Origin: Octopus vulgaris
Taxonomy: Eukaryota
Assembly (NCBI GenBank): GCA_951406725.2
Contig: OX597818.1
Coordinates: 103,106,001-103,170,000 of the forward strand
Reading direction: 5' to 3'
Length of the DNA: 64,000 bases
In this document: piece by piece, positions 54,235-64,000 of the stretch
How the letters are laid out: every line of letters begins with the position of its first letter
Numbering within the stretch: position 1 is the stretch's first letter
Position numbers and translations under genes: made by a program
The notes under the pieces: generated by a model
Told to the model about the DNA's origin: nothing
Seen by the model: the letters and a program-made list of their open reading frames with translations, nothing else
Databases searched by the model: none

Positions 54235-55170
54235 GTTTCAAATTTTGTCACTAGGCCAGCAAGTTTGAGGGAGGGGCAAATCAATTACGTCGACCCCAGT
54301 GCTGAACTAGTACTTATTTTATCGACCCCAAAAGGATGTAAGGTAAGTCGGCCTCGACAGAATTTGACAGACGAAATGCCTCTAAGCATTTTGCCCGGCG
54401 TGCTAACGATTCTGCCATCCTTAACAATTTATTCAGAGTAGCTAACGGTTTTGTCCTCTCGTCGCCTTCGCATTCTCTTTGTACTTATAGTGTCTAATAT
54501 TTTTTTACGTTCAAACTCCTCCCAGGTAATCCATTACAAATATAACTTATAACCAAAAAAGTTTAAGTTAATTATATATCTGTATAGTTGACTATATATC
54601 TGATACAAAAATTTAGACGGTAGGGTTGCAGTTCTTATTAGCGGGATCGTTTCTTTTCACCTAGCCATTGATATATCGTAAGGGTTCCACCAATTTTCTC
54701 CATTTTTGTCTCAGATTGTTTCATATCAAAGACAGCGAGCTAGCAGAGACGTTAAGCACGCCGGGCGAAATGCTTTGCTGTATTTCGTCTGTTTTTACCT
54801 TCTGAGTTCAAATTCCGCCGAGGTCGACTTTACCTTTCATCCTTTCGGGGTACCAGTTGCGTACTGGGGTTGATCTTATCGACTGCCCCCCTCCTCCAAA
54901 GTTTCGGGCCTTGTGCCTATAGTAGAAAAATATTTCATATCAAAATACATTAAAATTAAGGCGTCGATGTAACAGAATCACCACAGTGCTTTAAAAATTG
55001 TTAAGTGGTAATTCGTTTGGCTCTTTACGTCCTGAAGTCAAATGCCATAGAGTACGACTACACCTTTCATTCTCTAGAGGTCGATAAAATAAGTACCAGT
55101 TAAGCACTGACATCGATCCAATTGACTTACTCTTCCATCAAAATCTCTGGCTTTGGGCCAAAACTAGAAA
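54235..55170. mobile_element. Cluster of SINE family B copies (54235-54420 minus, 54731-54929 plus, 54958-55170 plus)
   Basis: Shared ttcaaattccgccgaggtcgacttt.cctttcatcctttcgggg core and gggccttgtgcctatagtagaa tail. Confidence 0.78.
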
Positions 55171-55450
55171 GAAAAACATACATTGGAATTGAAGTTCTGT
55201 ACATGCTTCCTTGTTTCGTAGAGTTCGCATAGGGGGAACACGCTATTCATTATCTTAAGTCTGCTATCAGTATGCTGATTTTCGTATTGTGTGACAAAGC
55301 TGAGTTCTTATGAACAACATATTTAGAAGCTATGGGTTTCGGGTTATAGGAGTCGAGGAGCTGCACTCTGTGCTTTACAGTCTCCAATCAAATTTCAGCA
55401 TTAATGTCGCAGAGTCTATTGTTGGGGTGCCTAGTGTGGTAATCTATAGT

Positions 55451-55682
55451 GGCGGTGAGCTGGCAGAAACGTTAGCACGCCGGGCGAAATGCGTAGCCGT
55501 ATTTCGTCTGCCGTTACGTTCTGAGTTAAAATTCCGCCGAGGTCGACTTTGCCTTTCATCCTTTCGGGGTCGATTAAATAAGTACCGGTTACGCATTGGG
55601 GTAGATGTACTCGACTTAATCCGTTTGTCTGTCCTTGTTTATCCTCTCCGTGTTTAGCCCTTGTGGGTAATAAAGACATAGG
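55451..55682 (+). mobile_element. Full SINE family B with Tx1-like 3' tail
   Basis: Head ggcggtgagctggcagaaacgttagcacgcc..gagttaaaattcc; tail tcctctccgtgtttagcccttgtgggtaataaaga. Confidence 0.85.
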
Positions 55683-56118
55683 TAATCTATAGTTACTTTG
55701 ATAGTTTGTAGAAATCGAGAGGAGTAAAACAGAGAGCATCCAACACGTAGCTAACTCAAAATACCAAAGTATCATAGTAACTGTAGATTACTTCACTAGG
55801 TACCTTAACATTGATACTGAACTATGGTTAGAGACTGTAAACAGCAGAGTTCAGCTCCTCCACTCCTATAACATGAAACCCATAGATTATAAATACGCCG
55901 TTCATAAGAACTCAGCTTTGTCACACAATACTAATATCAGCATAATGATAGCAGACGTAATTAGGATAATGAATAACGCGTTCCCTCTATGCGAACCTTG
56001 TGAAACAAGAAAACGTACAGAACTATATGCACTGCATGCAGTTCTCTGGATATGATACATTAGGATTATTTGCAGTTAAATCATTATTTCTTTCTCTTCC
56101 CACACTTTCGGCATCGTA

Positions 56119-56489
56119 GCACTCAGTCGGTTACGACGACGAGGGTTCCAGTTGATCCGGTCTACGGAACAGCCTGCTTGTGAAATTAACGTGCAAGTGA
56201 CAGAGCACTCCACAGACAGGTGTACCCTTAACGTAGTACTCGGGGAGCTTCAGCGTGTACAGAGTGTGACAAGTCTGGTCCTTTGAAATACAGGCATAAC
56301 AGAAACAGGAAGAAAGAGTGAGAGAAAGCTGTGGCGAAAGAATACAGCAGGGATCACCATCACCCCCTCCTGGAGCCTCGTGGAGCATAAGGTGTTTTCC
56401 CTCAATAAACACTCAAAACGCCCGGTCTGGAAATGGAAACAGCGATCCTACGACCGCGTGACCACTGCTCTAACCACTAGGCCTCCACA
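56119..56489 (-). mobile_element. SINE head C plus tail 1
   Basis: Homologous to 15946-16335. Confidence 0.85.
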
Positions 56490-56550
56490 TTTTCGGCATA
56501 CATATGAACTATATATAATACTTTCGCTGTATATTCTCTAACTGAAGATT

Positions 56551-56842
56551 CGTGGCTTAGTGGCTAGGGCATTCGACTCACGATTGTAAGGTTGTGAGTT
56601 CAATTCCCGGCGATGCAAGACACTTTATTTCACGTTGCTCCAGTTCACTCAGCTGGCAAAAATGAGTTGTACCTGTATTTCAAAGGGCCAGCCTTGTCAT
56701 ACTCTCTGTTTCGTTGAATTTCCCGAGAACTACGTTAGGGGCACACGTGTCTGCGGATTGCTCAGCCACTTAAACGTTAATTTCACGAGCAAGCTGTTCC
56801 GTTGATCGTATCAGCTGGGACCCTCGTCGTCGACGGAGTGCT
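56551..56842 (+). mobile_element. SINE head D plus tail 1
   Basis: cgtggcttagtggctagggc..gagttcaattccc head, family D core, then tgtacctgtatttcaaagggcc..gacggagtgc tail shared with head-C copies. Confidence 0.82.
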
Positions 56843-57226
56843 CCTCAAACATTCTCTATATATATGCTATATATTACACTCAGTAACTGGCTGCTTAACA
56901 TTATTCTTCCTAAAGGAAATCTGCAAATTTTGTTAGTAAAAACCTGCGCATTGATAACAGATATTTGGTATTTCTTAGTTTCGTATGATTCATGAATTTT
57001 CGTTCAGTGAAGAAACATTTATGCCCTACACGATATTTCTCATAAGTTTTGTATCTAATATCCTTCCAAATCTTCTAATATATTCTTCTGCAAATTCTGT
57101 TTCAGATTAAATATTTTCAAATGTTTGTATGTCCTCTGTCAACCTCCTGTAGTTGTCATATTGCCAGTTTCTCGAGAAACGTGATTTCGGAATATCCTGT
57201 TATGTCTGTGCTCTAACATGTTTATT

Positions 57227-57269
<43 letters not shown>

Positions 57270-57381
57270 AGCTGCTCCTGCTGCTGATATTACTACTACT
57301 ACTACGACTACTACCACTACTACTACTAGTGCTGCTACTGCTGCTGATACTACTACTGCTACTGCTGCCGCTTCTGCTGCA

Positions 57382-57443
<62 letters not shown>
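57227..57443. repeat. (TAC)n/(TGC)n compound trinucleotide microsatellite
   Basis: Directly visible; produces poly-L and poly-V pseudo-ORFs. Confidence 0.95.
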
Positions 57444-57829
57444 CAGTTGGTCACGCTTACAAATATCGTGCTGCATTCCATTATTTCTATTGAAAATCCA
57501 AAGGGGAGAATCATGATTTTTCTGCTTTGGAACTAATATTTTCGGGCATCCATAAACGCCAGAAGGTAAATAACCTCATTAATTCTGTCTTAACACGATC
57601 GTAGTTTTGCTGTTTTGTAACACGTAAGAAAGAACTAAAGGACACCCGAGTAGGATAATTATCTCTAGCAAAGTCTCTCTTAATCTCAATTTAAACGCAA
57701 CCACATTTGTGATTCATGTCAGCTTGACTCCGCAAGACCTGATACTTGCCGGAATAAAATGTGTTTTATAGCTTTTATAGTAGATGCTATATGTTTGCAC
57801 ATCCTCGAAAATTCACAGATTAGGGACAA

Positions 57830-58226
57830 TCTCTCTCTATATAAAGCTGAAGTTGTCTGTGTGTGTGGCAGGTTTGGCAGTCTTCAACTAACACTATCTG
57901 TTCCGAGATCCTGCGGCGCAAGTTGACCAAAATTGAGAGTATGATAGAAGAAGGCTAGCTCTTCATTCCGTACAAGAAGTTCAAATTGGACCATGTTAAG
58001 ACCAAAAATTATTTACATCAAAAAGGTGCTTTTTTTTCTATGAAAATCCTTATTTTTTACAATTTTTTGACTGCTATATCGCCATTTTTCGGTGTATTTC
58101 AAACAGAAAATGTTCACTTAAAGAGAATAAGAAGCTACATAATGCAAAATTTTTACTTTTCAAAAGTTCCAATTCTAAAGGGTCGAAAAGAAAACAAATC
58201 CGAGCAACGCTGGGCTATACTGCTAG
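57830..58226 (+). mobile_element. Non-autonomous Helitron
   Basis: A|TC start (tctctctctatataaagctgaagttgtctgt), subterminal hairpin ccgagc-aac-gctggg, CTAG|T end, no target duplication. Confidence 0.82.
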
Positions 58227-58499
58227 TATATATTAAATGTATAAGTGGTGATATGAATTGAATAGTGATAATTACAAAATTATAATTATTGTAATAATGT
58301 GTCAAGATTACATATCATCACTTCATAATTATCTCATTGAGGTTACGCTGGGGTACAAATATACGGAGACGAATAAGCCTATTATAACTATCCGTGTGTT
58401 AAGGAAATAAAGGGCACATGCATCACAACCATATAGTGACCTCATATCATGATAAACAGTGCATGATCATGTAGGTGGAACCCAGTTAGAATGTTCTTC

Positions 58500-59160
58500 C
58501 TCTCCATAAATTAAGTACCAGTTACGCACTGGGGTGGATGTAATCGATTTACTCCCTTTGTCTATCCTTGTTTGTCTCCTCTGTGTTTAGACCCTTGTGG
58601 ACAATAAAAAAATAAGCAACGTTAGCACGCCGGGCGAAATACTTAGCAAGTTCAAATCCCGCTGAGATCGACCACGCCTTTCATCCTTTCGGGGTTGATA
58701 AATTAAGTACTAGTTTCATACCGGGGTTTATCTAATCGACTGGTCTCTTCCCCAAAAATTTCGGGCTTTGTGCCTAGAGTAGAAAATAATATGATTGACA
58801 TAAAGTGGAAACCATAAGGAAGCATTAGTTTGATGGCCGTGAAGATCAGACATTATGATATGCAATTACATAGCGTCCCTAACAAGTAATTTTGAATAAT
58901 GGCCATGTTTAAGAGTCTGTGAATTGTTATAAGTTAGACAAAAAATTAAAAATGGTTTCAAATTTTGACACAAGGCCAGGAAGTTCTAAGGAGAGGTAAG
59001 TCGATTACATCAATTCCAACGCTCAACTGTTAGTTGCCTTATCGACCTAGATCGTAGGAAAGGCAAAGTCTACCTCGGCGGAATTGGAACTCAGAACGTA
59101 ATGACAGACGAAACACTGCTAAGTGTTTCGGACGGTATGTTAACAATTCTGCCAAATCGT
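58500..59160. mobile_element. SINE family B pieces (58500-58615 with Tx1-like tail, 58617-58790 plus, 58950-59160 minus)
   Basis: Similarity to the 55451 and 54731 copies. Confidence 0.75.
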
Positions 59161-59721
59161 TAATGATACTGAAAAAGTCTCAGTTTATAGTTATCTTGCA
59201 ACATTCTCCACATCCATAATAATCTTTCGTTTCCTGATCGATTAATTTTCATTTGAGAAAATGGTTGAAAATTTTACTTAAAGTGAGTAAATTTCAAGTC
59301 ACGTTGTTTTCAGAGAAAAAAATAATTTGGAATATAACGAATACTGGAGAATACCACCGTCCACGGTCCATCTGTCACCGTAGATGACTTGTTCTCGTCT
59401 CCCAGCAGATTACTGACGGATTGTCGCAAACTGTTGGAGGGTGAACGACGTAAATGTGTATTTCTATTGGTCCCGCCGTCGACTTCCTCGACTCTATCGT
59501 ACTGGTGATGTCAACGCGGCTCCTCTCTTGTGTTTCACCACCGGCTCTTGTTGACTTTCTACACGCGCTCCGAACATAGATTTACTACCAAACATCGATG
59601 CAAAGGTCTCACAAATTCATTAGATTACGATACTTCCAAAATGCTGAACCACTGCTATGGTTCCCTAGTATTTTCCTTGACTGGTATATGTTAACTATAT
59701 ATATATCCATATAATCCATAT

Positions 59722-59805
<84 letters not shown>

Positions 59806-59806
<1 letters not shown>

Positions 59807-60008
59807 TAATCAAAATAAGCAACAAGGATATCCAGAGGTAATGCAGTATAATCGTTTCATGCGACTCCATTTAATTGAACAATGCAAATATTACATCAGT
59901 TTTAAAATGTAGAGCAATCTTCAGCTGTATGAAAATATAGAATTTTTCTATATCTTTATAGATCGTACTGCATTACTCCTAGATATCCTTGTTGCTTATT
60001 TTTATTGT
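59806..60008. repeat. Fold-back element with minus-strand hammerhead motif at 59841-59930
   Basis: Arms aaaataagcaacaaggatatc..gtaatgcagta versus tactgcattac..gatatccttgttgcttatttt. Motif atacag-CTGAAGA-ttgc..gcat-GAAA-CGATTA-TA-ctgcat; the other arm retains GATCG-TA. Confidence 0.72.
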
Positions 60009-60105
60009 AATCACCCCATTATGAATTATATGGATAATACCATACTAAATTCTTGTGCCTTTAACTTAAGTACCATATTCAACTGAATCTAAATTTTACT
60101 GAACT

Positions 60106-60159
<54 letters not shown>

Positions 60160-61444
60160 TTTAACAGTCGTGATGGCATCAGAATTTGAAGCTATATTTG
60201 ACGCCGATGTTGATTGAAACACCGAAGTCAATGTATTTTGGGAAATATTGACGTAGGAGAAGTAAATTGTTATAAAAAATGTTTTTGGTATCTAATAGTA
60301 AAGTACTAAAAAGATGAAAATATAGTTGCATAAACATCGCAGAAGACAAAATGTCTTTCAGTAGTTAGTTTTGTTCTATTACAACTAATTAGATATCTCA
60401 AATTTTAATTAGGTTCACTTTCAATAATTCTATGTAGTCAGTTACATCTGTCCCCCTGCAAAATATTTCTTTCTATCTAATTAGAAATATTCTGTAATAT
60501 AATAAAATTGGTATATGAACATAGATAAGGAGAACATATAAGATCAAAAACCTGAGATATAGTCGTTCTTTATTGAAGAAATTTTGTATTGTGAAGCTAC
60601 GCAAATAATAACGATACTAAAGTAATTCCTGTATGATTCAAGACGAATCAATGATTTATAAAATGCATCGTATCGTAATGCATCGTATCGACATATTCAT
60701 ATCAAATTCTTGATAACACACGTATATATTTTATACTTAGTGGAACTCTCATAACAGCCTATGATCAAGTATATTTTCTGTATACACTATACCAAATCGT
60801 AACTCATTTCATTTATACTTTCCCCTGATAAAAATTTTTCGGGCTGTTAACAAACTCAGAATTCATATAAATATTATATTCATATCATATTGTTTTAGCT
60901 ATTTACTGTGTTAAAACCACTTACAATGTACATTCACTTGTGCACATTTCTATTACTATTAAGAATGCTTCTTGAACATCAGTCTCTTGTCTCGCACTTT
61001 GATGTTTATTTCAGTCGTAAGATAATTTGATAGGTTGGGTATAAAGTGCCTTTGTATTCTAACATTGATTCTGATGATAAAGCATCTCTGTCTAGTTTAA
61101 ACGTTTGAAGAGTTATGGATTCCTCAAAGCAGACTATTTTAAAGCGGAAACTTGTTACGAGATGAGATCACGAAGATTTCTTTTACATTGTATTTCTAAA
61201 GCAAATGCTTCGTGTCCAGTTTTGAACCACACACGTTAATGTCACTGACCCAAATTATTCGTCCTTTACATGATTGTTCGTGGAAGGAGCAATACTAGTG
61301 AGAAACAACTTCTTACTTTTAACTATGATATATACGTCATGCATAACATGTATGTTACAGTATGGATATGCGTATATTTACACTGTTTATACATACACGC
61401 ACAATCCATATATATGTATATATACATATATATATATTAATTTC

Positions 61445-61649
61445 AATATGTGACCGCGTGTGTATCATTGGCGATTTTCTTTCTCCGTCTTCTCTTCCTT
61501 GGACCTTTACTTTTTCTATGTTTCTGACGAAGAGCTCCGCCCGAAACGTTAAATCCTCCTTTCTTTCCTTTCCTGAGCTTCCAATTACTGTATACTTGTT
61601 CCACGTCCTCGCGTTGTTGTGTTTTCTCATTGTGTTTTCATGTTTGGAT

Positions 61650-61655
<6 letters not shown>
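61445..61655 (+). mobile_element. Repeat family H1 with hammerhead motif (intact CTGACGA) at 61520-61554
   Basis: gttt-CTGACGA-a-gagc-tcc-gccc-GAAA-CG-TT-aaat; 3' end gtttggattaact runs into (AT)n. Confidence 0.78.
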
Positions 61656-61726
<71 letters not shown>

Positions 61727-61734
61727 CTGGACTG

Positions 61735-61860
61735 CTGAAGTCTACAAGTTATTTTCATTCTCTCTTTATTTTCAGTTTTTCCTTTCTGTTGAACAGCGCA
61801 GGCTCGAAACGTAAAATACTTCCATTTTTCCCGAGCGTCAAACTAATACATTTCCTTGAA
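61735..61860 (+). mobile_element. Repeat family H2 fragment with hammerhead-like motif at 61782-61817
   Basis: cttt-CTGTTGA-acagcgcaggctc-GAAA-CG-TA-aaat. Confidence 0.65.
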
Positions 61861-61861
61861 G

Positions 61862-61900
<39 letters not shown>

Positions 61901-62229
61901 AGAGAGAGAGTGGGATGGAGATTATACATAAATATATATGCGTGTGTATATGTGTGTTTATATGTATCTTTATCTGTGAGTGTTTGTATGTACGAGTGTG
62001 TGTGTGTGTGTGTGTCTGTGCACGGGCGCGTGCGTGCTAAGTTTGGATGAGATTCTTTGCAGAAAATGTCCATTTTATGTTTTCCATTGTTAATCATTCT
62101 GAACATTTATCACAGTATGAATAAGGTTTTCATATCGATAACGAAGAAACGAACTGCTAGTATGAATATGTTTTGGGCGAATAAAAAAACGGTAGTAGAG
62201 TAATACGCGTCTATAATGCCGTTGCTTGG

Positions 62230-62600
62230 AACAGCTGAACCACGAAAATTGCAAATTGGAAATTATCCACGAAGAATTTTACAACTTCCCTTACAGTCCC
62301 ACTACTTGACGCCTTGGCAACATGGCTTCTGCTATAGCCCCGTTGACCAATGCTTTGTTCGTGTATTCGGTAGATGCCTAACTGGGGACAAGCCCTTCAT
62401 GTTTATGTGTGGGAGCCTTTCTGTTTGTGTTTGATCTCCACACATACAAAAACGCCACTTGACAAACGCTGTCAGTCTGTCCAGGTGCCCTAAGTTAGTA
62501 GTCTGACAAATTAAGTAAGACACTTAGAATAAGTATTAGAGGTGATTTATTCGACGAAACCCTCCAAGCCAGTACTCCAGAGCGGCCGCAGTACAGTGAC
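62230..62600 (+). mobile_element. Highly degenerate SINE family A
   Basis: ccttggcaa..cttctgctatagccc..gaccaatgctttgt; tail gtactccagagcggccgcagt. Confidence 0.6.
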
Positions 62601-62646
62601 ATCAATTGATCAATTGCAGTGTGCGTTAATGAGAGCCATGAAATAC

Positions 62647-62912
62647 ATAGCAGTATAAAATAAATAGATGCGCCCTTTTAAAGCCGAGCCAGGCTCATGG
62701 GCCCGGTTTCCCGGTTTCTGTGGCGTATGTTTTCCCCAACTGGACTGGACGCCAGTCCATCGCAGCGTTACTCATTTTTGCCAGCTGACTGGACTAGAAG
62801 CACGTGAAATGAAGTGTTTTGCTCAAGAACACAACGCGTCGTGCGGTCCAGGAATCGAAACCACAATCTTACGATCATGATGCTGACATCCTAACCACTA
62901 AGCCACGCGCCT
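62647..62912 (-). mobile_element. SINE head D plus tail 2
   Basis: Reverse complement ggcgcgtggcttagtggttagg..gtttcgattcc, core gttcttgagcaaaacacttcatttcacg, tail tgcgatggactggcgtccagtccag..gaaaccgggcccatgagcc. Confidence 0.85.
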
Positions 62913-64000
62913 ACACACATGGCAGTATAGTCCACGTATATATATCTCTGATTTTCTGGACTGAAAGCACTACAGTGGTTATGTCCCTTTGTTCTATTAA
63001 TCTAACTCATTTTTCATGATCTGCATAAATATAAAGTAATATAATCTTCCAATTCAGCGCATTGATTAGAGACCTCATGTCGAAACTCTCCGTCAGTATA
63101 TTTAATAATAATATGCTTAAATACATACAAAAAATATTGTTTTGACTTATTTACTTGTTAGTCATAATTTGAAGCAAAAACAAAATATATTTTCACCCAA
63201 TTCTTTCGTTTGCACAAAAAGGATAGACTTCCCTAATATATATTTGTATATACACATATCTGTATATATCTATATCTATCTGTATACATATATGTATATA
63301 TGTATATTGTGATATTTATTATGAATAACCAATAATCTTTCTTCGTAACTAGTAGATTACATCTTACCACCTACCAAAACAAATAATTTAATTATATATG
63401 AGTTCAACGAAAAAAGAGCCCCGAGTTTGATGGAAAACTTTTAAAATCAAATCATGTATATTGATTGCTAACTTTTGTCGATAACAGATATCAAATTTTA
63501 GATACATTTATTGAATTAAATTTCATTTCAGATAATTTTACGTGGAGAAAAAGAAGCAAAGAAAATTAAACAGTATAAGAAAGTAAAAACATAAAGGTTT
63601 TCACAGTAGCTGCATAGTATGTCGGCATCTTTACAACACATCAAATAAGAACTATTTTAGTCAAATTCACAAACTGAAAATGCAGTTATCGATCAAACAA
63701 AATTTCTGACTGCCAAAGTCTACATTTTCTGATGTTGCTTTCAAGGAATAAACTTTCATGTGACGGCATTTCTAAAAGAGGCTTTCAAAATCTTTGACGA
63801 TTATAACACCAAACACCGTTATTGGTGTATTAGAAACAGGAAATCTATATGATTGGAGTGTTAACAGAATAATATACACTTCTTAGAAACTGAAAATACA
63901 AACGCAAGCACACATACAAACACAAACAACCACACACACACAAACACGCAATTAATCCTACACGTAGTCAAAGATATATACATCCATATATCCATGTGAA

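Noticed and set aside
59350-59600. Locally GC/CpG-richer unique stretch
   Set aside because: No ORF, second copy or structure found to support a call.

Overview
AT-rich, microsatellite-saturated eukaryotic DNA. The SINE families look like those of Octopus/coleoid cephalopods (recognition only, not searched). No host protein-coding exon can be supported; almost all track ORFs are translated microsatellites. Contents: a near-intact CR1/L2-group LINE (1-4235; ORF1 with two CCCH fingers, a U UUU UUA slippery site opening into an AUG-less ORF2, one +1 indel in ORF2), a 5'-truncated Tx1/L1-clade LINE inside (TATC)n, an R4/Dong-like remnant, mariner deletion derivatives, Tc2/pogo-like MITEs, a non-autonomous Helitron and many tRNA-derived SINEs whose tails match two different LINEs. 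The most striking signal is a set of short non-coding repeats carrying type I hammerhead ribozyme motifs. The best case (47804-49039) is a very young 492-bp unit with a canonical hammerhead, present as greater-than-unit-length, circularly permuted copies joined head-to-head with both 3' ends in (AT)n. This fits twin-primed reverse transcription of a self-cleaving/circular RNA (retrozyme or Penelope pLTR-like). A second family (355-bp unit), a G3-C8 core-swap variant and about ten older minimal motifs show related architecture.
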